Positions 1 through 8,383 are shown, numbered from the stretch's first letter. The stretch is DNA of 25,708 nucleotides from Elusimicrobiota bacterium (GCA_043811535.1 JBDRNC010000013.1:1-25708); one strand, 5' to 3'. Numbers and translations are program-made. Notes: a model not told the origin generated them from the letters alone.

Positions 1-139
1 TATGAGGTAAACCTCACGTACGGTTTGATGTGGCAGGAGTTGGAAACGGGGCATGGTTACGCTAATGAGGCACTGTCAGACGAAAGGGACAGAAACAGAT
101 AGGCATAGCCTAAACTACTGCGCCAACTCCTGACCCTAC
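1..139 (+). mobile_element. 3' end of a group II intron (partial domain V, extended domain VI, 3' splice site)
   Basis: Window opens with TATGAGGTAAACCTCACGTACGGTTT, the distal part of a DV hairpin (catalytic triad lies just outside the window). DVI stem CAGGAGTTGG (34-43) pairs with CCAACTCCTG (123-132), followed by A133 (candidate branch point, 7 nt from the end) and the terminus ACCCTAC ending in AY at 139. Confidence 0.85.
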
Positions 140-216
140 ACTCTAACTCACGCATAAAATAAAATCACTATGAAAAATAAAATATTTAAAGCTTTAATCA
201 ATACGGGGAGCAGACT

Positions 217-952
217 ATGAAGTTTTCTCTTGTAAACGGAGATAAGATGGAAGCACGACCAGAACTTCAGGGTGTTTGCGCGCTTTGCCAAAGCGATATG
301 ATACCCATGCGGAAAAGTAAAAATATGGCATTGGGCACACAAAAGCAAAATATCATGTGATCCGTGGTGGGAGAATGAAACGGAGTGGCACAGAACATGG
401 AAAAACAATTTTCCGCAGGATTGGCAGGAAATAATCCATAAAGATTCCACAACTGGAGAAAGACATGTTGCAGACATAAAAACGGATAAAGGATTCGTAA
501 TTGAATTTCAGCATTCTGCAATCAAGCCTGATGAAATAAAAAGCCGTGAAGATTTCTATAAAAATATGGTTTGGGTTATTGATGGTACACGCCTAAAGAG
601 AGACCATGCACGCTTTTACAAAGGATTCAGAGGCCTCACATCTTTAAATAATACTGGGTTTTTTCTTTCAACTTCACCTGAAGCATGTTTCCCTGCAAGC
701 TGGCTTACAAGTTTAGTGCCAGTTTATTTTGATTTTCAGGGCATTGCTCCAATTAATCAGACAGATAGCAAGCTTGCTGATTTTTGGTGTCTCTTTCCGC
801 GTCACGAGGATGGACATAATGTAATCGCCTGTGTTTCGCGAAAACAATTTATAGAACTCTCTTCAACTACTCCCCATTTACTTCAAGCTCAAGAAGTCCT
901 TTCTAATATAGCGCAGTTTAGTCGACAAGAACGTGCAATTACACCCCAATGA
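217..952 (+). pseudogene. coiA: CoiA-like nuclease gene, frameshifted near 307
   Basis: GGGGAG RBS at 205-210, ATG 217 reads MKFSLVNGDKMEARPELQGVCALCQSDMIP then hits TGA at 358. From 308 another frame reads CGKVKIWHWAHKSKISCDPWWENETEWHRTWK...HVADIKT...VIEFQHS, continuous with ORF 566..952. These are CoiA-family Zn-binding and PD-(D/E)XK-like motifs. Confidence 0.8.
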
Positions 953-1063
953 GTAAATCTAACAACTTTCAAGAATCTGTGTCAGGCTTGACTAACTGAA
1001 CTAAAAACCAAGAATTTATCATAATCTATATTTTGTACATAAATTCCACAGAAAGGACCCCAT

Positions 1064-1756
1064 ATGCCTGAAGAACAACTGAAGATTACGCCGCAGAACC
1101 TGCAGGATTCACGCATCGAGACCATCTTTTACGTAACACTCCTGATAACCGTAGTCCATTCCGGCTTTATCATCTGGGACACGGGCAACATGGCCCTGCG
1201 CCGCGCCAACGAAATAGTAGCCACCGGCTACATGAGCACGCTCTACCTTGCGTTTCTCGGCGCTTATGCCGGGTACAAGGAGTTCGTCCGCTGGATAAAG
1301 CCCGCCAAAACCCTGACTACGGAAGATGAAGATGTATTGATACCGAAATCGCAGGTGCTCAGGTACCGGCGCGGGGAAATAATAGTGGTTTTCTGGGTGC
1401 TCCTGCTAATGACAGGAATATCCCTGTTCCAATTGAAGCTCATTGAGCGCCTGCCGCAGGAATTGTACCGCACCGCGATGCAGGCGGTAGGCATCTGGCT
1501 TGGCACAATGGCATCCAAGGGGCTCTCCCAGCGCAAGAAAAGGAAGGATTCGGAACTGCTGGATGATGATTTGAAATATGAGCAAGTGATACTCAAGCAT
1601 ATCGGGACAACCGGCTTTGTGGACAACGCGTCCTGCCAGGAAATAACCGGCCTTGACCGCAACCGCGCCTACCGGCTGTTGCGCAAACTGGCAAGCGATG
1701 GGAAACTGAAGACAGAAGGCGGTACAAAGGGCGCCAGATATTTGCGCACGGAGTGA
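1064..1756 (+). CDS. Membrane protein (about 4 TM segments) with C-terminal winged-helix domain
   Basis: AAAGGA RBS upstream. Hydrophobic segments IFYVTLLITVVHSGFIIW, LYLAFLGAYAGY, IIVVFWVLLLMTGISLF, AMQAVGIWLGTM. C-terminus YEQVILKHI...VDNASCQEITGLDRNRAYRLLRKLASDGKL...GGTKGARY has a wHTH pattern like those at the C-termini of RecG-C/Fic-type proteins. Confidence 0.7.
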   Translation: MPEEQLKITPQNLQDSRIETIFYVTLLITVVHSGFIIWDTGNMALRRANEIVATGYMSTLYLAFLGAYAGYKEFVRWIKPAKTLTTEDEDVLIPKSQVLRYRRGEIIVVFWVLLLMTGISLFQLKLIERLPQELYRTAMQAVGIWLGTMASKGLSQRKKRKDSELLDDDLKYEQVILKHIGTTGFVDNASCQEITGLDRNRAYRLLRKLASDGKLKTEGGTKGARYLRTE

Positions 1757-1857
1757 GCAATTCCGCGCAATTAATTGCGCAAGCGTGCGCAATTGTCATA
1801 AATTGATTGATAATTCAAGTGTATTAATTGCGCACTTATTTGCGCAAATAATACGCA
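1743..1857. repeat. Cluster of TGCGCA palindromes
   Basis: TGCGCA at 1743, 1776, 1786, 1829, 1841, with one-mismatch copies at 1764 and 1852. Perfect 16-bp palindromes GCGCAATTAATTGCGC (1765-1780) and TTATTTGCGCAAATAA (1836-1851). Confidence 0.9.
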
Positions 1858-1968
1858 TATATATACCCCTTGAGCGAATTAGATATGGTTGTTTGAGGCC
1901 GGCAAAAAGTTATGTGACCGGTGCAGGAAGAAAGGCATCAAGTGGAAAGGCAGAGTTATTTTAATATC

Positions 1969-2020
1969 TTACTTGTCCTTCCGTAGCTATAGCGAAGGAG
2001 GAACTCCGCCCCCTATTTCC
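1969..2020 (+). repeat. Left arm of 52-bp inverted repeat flanking the AT-rich island; contains 31-nt REP-like hairpin (1971-2001)
   Basis: 43/52 identical to the reverse complement of 6667-6718. Internal hairpin TCCTTC...GAAGGA. 2002-2017 is the exact reverse complement of 13611-13626. Confidence 0.9.
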
Positions 2021-2066
2021 AGGACAGAAAGTTTGTAGGATGAATTAATTAGAAAGTAGGAAAAAT

Positions 2067-2999
2067 ATGGGAATTAGATTTCATTTTTTAAATGTTGGAA
2101 GTGGGAACTGCATTTTAGCACATTTCCCTAAAAGATTTCGCGGGTCGGACAAAAAAGAAATAAGCGAAAGAATAATGATGATTGATATTTGCCATCACGA
2201 AGATCACGAAGAATATGAAAATGTCATAGAATACTATAAAAGAAATTTTAAAAATGAGGATGGAAGTTTAAAGCCTATATTTAGATTTGTATGCACACAT
2301 CCACATCAAGATCATATTTGTGGATTGACTAAGTTTTATAATGAAAATTATATAAAGATATTCAACTTTTGGGATTTAAATCATACATTTGAACCTGAAA
2401 ATTTTGATTATTACCCAACTCATGAAGATGATTGGAACACTTATAAATCTTTATCGGGTGATAAATCGACAGCAACGGTTATCCGCACTTCCCGCGAGGA
2501 TATTCCTATGAAATTCTGGCATGACGATGAAGATAGAATTACAGTGTTAAGTCCTTCAAAGTCGCTATATAAATATGCTCATTATAAGGAAGATGGTACA
2601 AAACGAGAGGCAAATGACGTAGAAATAGATGAGATGTCTTATGCATTTTTGATTACAATAAATTCACGTAAAGTAATTTTGGCAGGGGATGGCAGATCTA
2701 CGCCTTTTTGGGATGAATTATATAATGAATGCGGCGCAGTGCTCACAAATTGTTCTGTTTTGTTAGCGGGTCACCATGGCCAAGAATCTGCTTTTCATGA
2801 AGATGCGGTGAAGCTTATGGAACCAAAATTGATAATATTCTCGAATAGTAAAGATGATGATGAAACAGATGGCGCAGAAAAATTATATAAAAAGGCTGTG
2901 CCGGATGCCCTTATACTAAAAACATTCGAAGAGGGCTCAATTATTGTAGATATACCATTTGAGAAAGACAAAGATATAACTTATTGGTCGAGTAAATAG
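2067..2999 (+). CDS. Metallo-beta-lactamase-fold hydrolase (ComEC/Rec2-like)
   Basis: N-terminal FHFLNVGSGNC, HxHxDH motif THPHQDH, LAGDG and AGHHG metal-binding motifs; no signal peptide or TM segment; AT-rich. Confidence 0.85.
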   Translation: MGIRFHFLNVGSGNCILAHFPKRFRGSDKKEISERIMMIDICHHEDHEEYENVIEYYKRNFKNEDGSLKPIFRFVCTHPHQDHICGLTKFYNENYIKIFNFWDLNHTFEPENFDYYPTHEDDWNTYKSLSGDKSTATVIRTSREDIPMKFWHDDEDRITVLSPSKSLYKYAHYKEDGTKREANDVEIDEMSYAFLITINSRKVILAGDGRSTPFWDELYNECGAVLTNCSVLLAGHHGQESAFHEDAVKLMEPKLIIFSNSKDDDETDGAEKLYKKAVPDALILKTFEEGSIIVDIPFEKDKDITYWSSK

Positions 3000-3000
3000 A

Positions 3001-3648
3001 ATGATAAAAAAAGAATATCTTAAAAGCAAAAACACTCCCCAGATAGCAATATTTATTATTTGGTGTATTACGTTGTATATTACATTTCTTACTTCGAGTA
3101 TAGACTATAGCGACAAAATAATATCCACGGTCCAGGAATTGCGTAATAAAGATGGAATATTCATGGCACTACTACCTATTGTTGCTTTGGTATTAAATGG
3201 GCTCGTTAGCCCAGAAAATAAAGCGCGTTTAGTGTTTTGGAAGTACAAATATGCACTACCAGGCCATAGAGTATTTTCAAAACTGTCAAAAACTGACTCG
3301 CGTATAGACTATTTCGCTCTTTTGAGGAGAATTGGCACAATGCCAGCCGAACCTAAAGATGAGAATTCAAAATGGTATTCAATATACAAACAATTTGCAG
3401 ATGTATTAATTGTTAGAGAATCTCACAAAGCATTCCTATTATCGCGAGATCTTTGCTCAATCGCCTTTGTTTTCACAATTATGGGCTCATTGAGTCTTCT
3501 AATTTATGGTCAAAAGCTAAAATGGATTATGCTATACTTTGGAATAATGATAATGCAATATATTATTTTAGCGATTGTCGCTCAAAACTATGGGAATAGA
3601 TTTGTATGTAACGTAATAGCAGAATACACTGCAGATAATAGTATTTAG
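3001..3648 (+). CDS. Hypothetical 4-TM membrane protein, tightly coupled to the MBL gene
   Basis: One base separates its ATG from the MBL stop. Two N-terminal and two C-terminal hydrophobic helices flank a soluble loop (LVFWKYKYALPGHRVFS...WYSIY...FLLSRD). Confidence 0.8.
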   Translation: MIKKEYLKSKNTPQIAIFIIWCITLYITFLTSSIDYSDKIISTVQELRNKDGIFMALLPIVALVLNGLVSPENKARLVFWKYKYALPGHRVFSKLSKTDSRIDYFALLRRIGTMPAEPKDENSKWYSIYKQFADVLIVRESHKAFLLSRDLCSIAFVFTIMGSLSLLIYGQKLKWIMLYFGIMIMQYIILAIVAQNYGNRFVCNVIAEYTADNSI

Positions 3649-3663
3649 AAAAATATCCTCAAA

Positions 3664-4200
3664 ATGAAATATTGTGATTTGTTGAATAAACTTGATAGTT
3701 GGATTCTAAAGCCACTTGGCAGGGATATAAAATATTACAAAAGCAGAAATCAATTCATATCGTTTATTATATTGTCTATTGTGATAGATAACCTTGCAAG
3801 TATCAGATATAAAGAAGAAATACCTGATAAAATAAGGGGTGCTGTTGGTATGAGATATAAAAAATTTATTGAAAATTATATGCCACGTGAATATAAAATA
3901 CACAAGGATCATCTGTATGTAGATTTTAGGTGTAAAATAATCCATGTGTTTCAATTAAAATATTTTGATCTTCAACAATCCAAATTATCGGAAAAATATC
4001 ATCTAGAAATAATGCCAAGTGGGGATATTTGTCTTAATTCGAAATGCTTCTATAAAGATGTTTATAAGGCATATGGAAAATTACGTAGAGATTTAACTGG
4101 TAAAACTGCTGCACCCGAATATGGCCCTTTATCTCACACTGAAATAAGAAAAGAAGGGAATAATATCATATTACCGGAAAAACGAAATATAAAATACTAA
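3664..4200 (+). CDS. Hypothetical protein with HEPN-like Rx4H motif
   Basis: Helical-looking 178-aa protein with LYVDFRCKIIH (R-x4-H), preceded by IDNLASIRY and RYKKFIENY; in operon-like spacing with its neighbours. Confidence 0.6.
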   Translation: MKYCDLLNKLDSWILKPLGRDIKYYKSRNQFISFIILSIVIDNLASIRYKEEIPDKIRGAVGMRYKKFIENYMPREYKIHKDHLYVDFRCKIIHVFQLKYFDLQQSKLSEKYHLEIMPSGDICLNSKCFYKDVYKAYGKLRRDLTGKTAAPEYGPLSHTEIRKEGNNIILPEKRNIKY

Positions 4201-4237
4201 TTTAGGGGACGAAGAAATAATATCATAAGGAGCAATT

Positions 4238-4813
4238 ATGGATATCGATAATTTTATTAAATTATTTCAAACAGCGGATCAAGATGAAGTAAGACCGAGA
4301 ATTCAACAAAATACAAAAATATTGTTCGATAATATTGTATTAAATTTACAGCGAATTGGAGCAGCAATACAAGAAAAAACTAATCACAGACTTCAATTGA
4401 GTATTGTAAATGTGAATAAACCAGCGTATAGGGCAAAGCTAAGGATTGATAATATATCATTGCTAATTAATACAACTAGTAAAGTAGCCCAACAATCTGA
4501 AGAAAATAAGACTTTATGTGGGAGACTATCAATATATTTTCAAACCCCAAAGGTATCAACTATGATTTTCGATGCATTTGTTTATGAAAATAGTAGATAC
4601 TTTGCACGCTCGTGTATAGGCTCGCTATCGGAATCTATTTCTAATGATCAAGCTACAGAAAAAATAATGGTTGGAATACTAAATTCTGTGATATTTGAAG
4701 GAAAGTCGTTTTGGGATAATTCTGATGCAGCCAAGAGTATACCAACCAATAGATTTAATGAAGAATCGAACGATACTACATTTATTGATCCGGAGTACTT
4801 ACTAGGCCCCTAG
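4238..4813 (+). CDS. Hypothetical protein
   Basis: 191-aa ORF with AAGGAG RBS, co-oriented within the island; no motif recognised. Confidence 0.7.
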   Translation: MDIDNFIKLFQTADQDEVRPRIQQNTKILFDNIVLNLQRIGAAIQEKTNHRLQLSIVNVNKPAYRAKLRIDNISLLINTTSKVAQQSEENKTLCGRLSIYFQTPKVSTMIFDAFVYENSRYFARSCIGSLSESISNDQATEKIMVGILNSVIFEGKSFWDNSDAAKSIPTNRFNEESNDTTFIDPEYLLGP

Positions 4814-4888
4814 TTATATATAAATTAACTCCTCAGAGTTAAAATATAAAAGTATCTTTTTGGCCATGTATTGTCTTAGGAGGATTCT

Positions 4889-5761
4889 TTGAGAAAACCA
4901 ATTGATAAAAGTGATAAAGACCAACATCATCAGCAGGCGGTGCTTAAAGTTATAAGACCACAGGCAGCAAAGAAAATACAAAAACAGATTGATGAGGGCG
5001 AAGAAATTCTTCAAGTTAAGCCAAGAAACGATGCTGAACTCGAACAATTTCGCGATAAAAAACGGATATGGTCAGATTATAATAAAGAGCTTCTCAAAAC
5101 ATTGTTCAATACTAGTGAAATTGCAGATGAATATTCTGCATTTGTTGGCGGTGCATTCTCAATGAATCCTAGTTTCTTTGAAAAGGTAGATTATGTCAAA
5201 GATGATATACAAAACAAATTAACTAGACTTCGTTCAATATTTAGAAGAATTGAACTATTTCCACTATCAGATATCGCAAATGAAAAGCACGAAGAGAATG
5301 TACAAACAATACATCACGGGAATGATATATTTCTTGTCCACGGTCATAATAATGAAATTAAGGAAACAGTAGCACGTTTTCTCGAAAAATTAAAACTTCA
5401 TATTATTATCCTTCACGAACAACCGAATCTTGGAAGGACAATCATCGAAAAATTCGAAGATTATTCAAAGGTTGGTTATGCAGTGATTTTGCTTACAGGC
5501 GATGATGTCGGAAGTAAAAAAGATAACGCTGATAAACTTAAAGCTAGGGCAAGGCAAAATGTTGTTTTAGAACAAGGCTATTTTTTGGGTGCACTGGGGA
5601 GGAGTCGCGTTTGTGCTTTATATGAAGAGGGGGTAGAGATTCCGTCAGACTTGTCAGGAGTATTATACGTTCCTTTAGATTCTGAGGGTGCATGGAAACT
5701 AAAATTGGCGAGTGAAATGAAAGCTGCTGGTATTGAGATAGATTTAAATTTAGCGATATAA
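4889..5761 (+). CDS. TIR-like nucleotide-binding domain protein (CAP12/Pycsar-effector-type TIR) with helical N-terminal domain
   Basis: AGGAGG RBS before TTG start. IFLVHGH...ETVARFLEKL...ILHEQPNLGRTIIEKFE...YAVILLTGDD...RARQNVVLEQGYF...EIPSDLSGVLY; the candidate catalytic Glu in NVVLE is retained. Confidence 0.9.
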   Translation: MRKPIDKSDKDQHHQQAVLKVIRPQAAKKIQKQIDEGEEILQVKPRNDAELEQFRDKKRIWSDYNKELLKTLFNTSEIADEYSAFVGGAFSMNPSFFEKVDYVKDDIQNKLTRLRSIFRRIELFPLSDIANEKHEENVQTIHHGNDIFLVHGHNNEIKETVARFLEKLKLHIIILHEQPNLGRTIIEKFEDYSKVGYAVILLTGDDVGSKKDNADKLKARARQNVVLEQGYFLGALGRSRVCALYEEGVEIPSDLSGVLYVPLDSEGAWKLKLASEMKAAGIEIDLNLAI

Positions 5762-5790
5762 TTATAGCGGCATAACACGGAGCTAAAGAC

Positions 5791-6648
5791 ATGAATAAGG
5801 TGGCAGATCAAATTCTCATTACATTTTATCCAGAGGGTTGGGGTGAATTAGATAAATTCGCCAGATTTTATATGGCAACACATAAGGATATTCCTCTGTA
5901 TGCAAGAAAAGCAATTTCCGGAACATTACATCATTTTCAGAGAGCTCACATATTATTAAATTATGCAGATAATAATGCGAAAGCAATCCTTAAGAAAGAT
6001 AATAAAGAGCTTTCAGAAAAGCATTTTACTAATGCTATCGGGAGTAAGGAATTATCTGCTTTAATTGAAGCTATTATTTTGGATGCCTATTCTGCATTAA
6101 GTTGTACTTCTAAAGTAATTTGTACAATATATAAAAAAGGACAAGGTGTTACAGATAGTACTCATAAATTGTTTAATAATGCAATAAATAATAAAATACA
6201 TAAAATTCCTGATGAAATTATTGAAATCCTGAGAAAATCATTTAATTGGTATGAAGAATATAGAATATTAAGAGATGAAATATCTCATTCCGATATTGGA
6301 ACATGTCATATGGACAAAGCTTCTGGAAGAATATTCTATTTACACACTGGTTTAGGGACGGCAACGAGAGCAAAAGTTATTGATGATATATTTCAGTATT
6401 TAGAAGATAAATTAGATAATATCAATGCATTGTTAGGGGGTATATATAGATCGATGAACTCAACCTTGGGTAGTGAGAGAATAAGAATGATGTGTGGATT
6501 TTTTAATAATCGTATGTATTTCCGTTCTGTCAGTTGCACGGAAGCAAAGAATATTAATAGTGGGGAATGTCTTTCTAGGGAACAGTTTGATAATGGTAAA
6601 TTGCCCATATGTCCATTAAAGGATAAATGCGGAGCATATTCAAAATAA
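5791..6648 (+). CDS. HEPN-like protein with Cys-rich C-terminus
   Basis: WYEEYRILRDEISH (R-x4-H) in a helical domain; several cysteines in the last ~50 aa (MMCG...SC...ECL...ICPLKDKC). Confidence 0.6.
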   Translation: MNKVADQILITFYPEGWGELDKFARFYMATHKDIPLYARKAISGTLHHFQRAHILLNYADNNAKAILKKDNKELSEKHFTNAIGSKELSALIEAIILDAYSALSCTSKVICTIYKKGQGVTDSTHKLFNNAINNKIHKIPDEIIEILRKSFNWYEEYRILRDEISHSDIGTCHMDKASGRIFYLHTGLGTATRAKVIDDIFQYLEDKLDNINALLGGIYRSMNSTLGSERIRMMCGFFNNRMYFRSVSCTEAKNINSGECLSREQFDNGKLPICPLKDKCGAYSK

Positions 6649-6666
6649 CCCCGATAAATATGAGCA

Positions 6667-6718
6667 GGATATAGGGGCCGTTGTTCCTCTTTCGCTGAAG
6701 TTTCGGAAGGACAAGTAA
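6667..6718 (-). repeat. Right arm of 52-bp inverted repeat flanking the island; contains 31-nt REP-like hairpin (6686-6716)
   Basis: Reverse complement matches 1969-2020 at 43/52 positions; begins 19 nt after the last island stop codon. Confidence 0.9.
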
Positions 6719-6736
6719 AATAGCATATTAAATTCA

Positions 6737-6762
6737 AGTGACTAGTGACCGGTGACTAGTGA
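6737..6762. repeat. Heptamer tandem repeat (GTGACTA-type)
   Basis: AGTGACTAGTGACCGGTGACTAGTGA; same family as 14667, 15996 and 17055. Confidence 0.8.
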
Positions 6763-6847
6763 ATTGTTGTTCCAGCCACTGGCGACCCCGATAATATTGG
6801 GGCTCCATTCACATACGCTAAGGTAGTCGCCCGCCCGCATTTTCCTA

Positions 6848-7013
6848 ACCGATACAACCTACGAAGTTACATTGTGGTGACCGATACAACTTCGTAGGTT
6901 GTCATGGTCAGCAGCAAAATTATTTTGTATAATATTATCACTAACCGTGACAATACCCTGTCGGGTACTTCGATTAAGTGTAATAAAGTTGGTCGCTTCG
7001 TAGGTTGTATTGG
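6848..7013. repeat. REP hairpins upstream of the RAYT
   Basis: ACCGATACAACCTACGAAGTT (6848), GACCGATACAACTTCGTAGGTTGTCATGGTC (6879-6909) and a partial CTTCGTAGGTTGTATTGG ending at 7013; same core as 7676-7706. Confidence 0.85.
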
Positions 7014-7020
7014 GGGAATA

Positions 7021-7677
7021 ATGAGGGATCACGAACTCGCCACAGGTCATATCTACCATGTTTTTTCCAGAAGCATAGCCCGCTACATAATATTCAATAA
7101 CGATATTGAGTATTCAAGAATACTCGAAGTCATTGAGTATTACATGAGTGAAAGGCCGCCAGCCAGTTATTCCAGAATACTTTATTATTCGACAGATGTT
7201 CAGGATGGGTATAAAGAACTCAACAAGACAAAGGATAAGGCGGTAGATATTGTTGCCTACTGCATTATGCCCACGCATATCCACCTGATACTGAAACAGC
7301 TGCGTAATAACGGGATTTCTATTTTTATGAAGAATATTTTGAACAGTTATACGCGGTATTTTAATACGAAGCATGAGCGGAAAGGACCGCTATGGGAAGG
7401 CAGGTTCAAAAGCGTGTTGGTTGGAACAGATGAGTATCTGATGCATCTCACGAGGTATGTCCACCTTAACCCGGCTACTGCTCAAATAGTAACTAAACCC
7501 GAAGAGTGGCTTTATTCCTCCTATAACGCCTATATTCAAAACAACAATCAAGCAAATGGATTCTGCAAGTATTCAGATCTTCTGAAAATAGACCCCAAAG
7601 ACTACAAATCGTTTGTTGAAGATAGAATTTCCTATCAACAGGAATTACAAAGAATCAAGAAACTGCTCCTGGAATAA
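7021..7677 (+). mobile_element. REP-associated tyrosine transposase (RAYT, Y1 HUH family)
   Basis: IYHVFSRS, AYCIMPTHIHLIL (HUH), YTRYFNTKHERKGPLWEGRFKS, YVHLNP (catalytic Tyr), WLYSSY. Start placed at ATG 7021 (GGGGGA RBS) because the 6904 extension in the ORF track runs through REP DNA. Confidence 0.9.
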
Positions 7678-7706
7678 CCAATACAACTTCGTAGGTTGTA
7701 TTGGTT
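7676..7706. repeat. REP hairpin overlapping the RAYT stop codon
   Basis: AACCAATACAAC-TTCGTAG-GTTGTATTGGTT, perfect 12-bp stem. Confidence 0.9.
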
Positions 7707-7736
7707 AAACAATAAAGGGGCACAAATGGGGGATAA

Positions 7737-8303
7737 ATGGACAAGAAAAATGAAGTTGTGATTTACAAGTCAAGGGAAGGCAAAGCGGCGCTGGAAGTAA
7801 AACTGGAAAACGATACAATTTGGCTGACTCAAAAACAAATTGCCGAACTTTTTGATACATCACAGCAAAACATCAGTTTACACATAAATAACATATTCCG
7901 GGAAGAAGAATTGGATAAGACTTCAGTTCACAAGGAAAACTTGTATACTGCCAAGGATGGAAGGAAATACCTGGCAAGTTACTATAATTTAGACATGATT
8001 TTATCGACTGGTTACCGTATCAGTTCAAAACGAGCAACTCAGTTCCGTATCTGGGCAACGAGTGTGCTGAAAAATCATTTAGTTAACGGGTTTTCAATAA
8101 ATAATGACAGACTGCAGGAGTTGCAGAGTTCGTTCGAATCACAGAGGGAAACATACATGCACCTTCGATTCTTTCTAAACAAGTTTCTGGGAACGGTAGC
8201 GAGAAAAGACGTTGTTGACGTCTTGATCAATAAAGTTGATGGACTGGTTGAAAACATCGCGGAGATACGCAAGCTGGTTTCAAAGCTTGAAAGAAGAAAA
8301 TAA
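7737..8303 (+). CDS. RhuM-family protein (N-terminal domain) with short coiled-coil tail
   Basis: TIWLTQKQIAELF...NISLHINNIFREEEL...YYNLDMILSTGYRISSKRATQFRIWATSVLKNHLVNGF; no Fic domain follows. Confidence 0.85.
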   Translation: MDKKNEVVIYKSREGKAALEVKLENDTIWLTQKQIAELFDTSQQNISLHINNIFREEELDKTSVHKENLYTAKDGRKYLASYYNLDMILSTGYRISSKRATQFRIWATSVLKNHLVNGFSINNDRLQELQSSFESQRETYMHLRFFLNKFLGTVARKDVVDVLINKVDGLVENIAEIRKLVSKLERRK

Positions 8304-8352
8304 TGCTTTAAGGCGCCAAAATGGCGCCATAAAGAAAGACGCGCAAAGGAAA

Positions 8353-8383
8353 AACTTGAAGTCGCAATTTGCGACTTCAAGTT
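8353..8383. repeat. Perfect 15-bp inverted repeat, 1-nt spacer
   Basis: AACTTGAAGTCGCAA-T-TTGCGACTTCAAGTT. Confidence 0.95.

Noticed and set aside
62..100. Hammerhead ribozyme (CTAATGAG...GAAAC)
   Set aside because: Core deviates from CUGANGA, stem II does not close directly between the core segments, and the region is explained as intron domain VI.
1798..1828. Integrase att-arm-like dyad TTGA-N4-TCAA
   Set aside because: Too short to support in AT-rich DNA; no integrase, tRNA or second copy seen.
4889..5761. Complete CBASS, Pycsar or Thoeris system
   Set aside because: No CD-NTase, pyrimidine cyclase or ThsA-type gene nearby; the NTase at 13823 is a different type about 8 kb away.
950..5790. 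Integron attC sites (ATCTAAC at 957 and GCATAAC at 5769 after stop codons)
   Set aside because: No complementary GTTRRRY box or long imperfect hairpin follows either, and no integrase is present.
6706..6733. dif/Xer site (GCATATTAAAT resembles the XerD arm)
   Set aside because: Only 8/11 to the XerD arm with no XerC-like arm at 6-bp spacing.
6904..7020. N-terminal extension of the RAYT in the ORF track
   Set aside because: Runs through REP DNA; family resemblance and RBS start at 7021.
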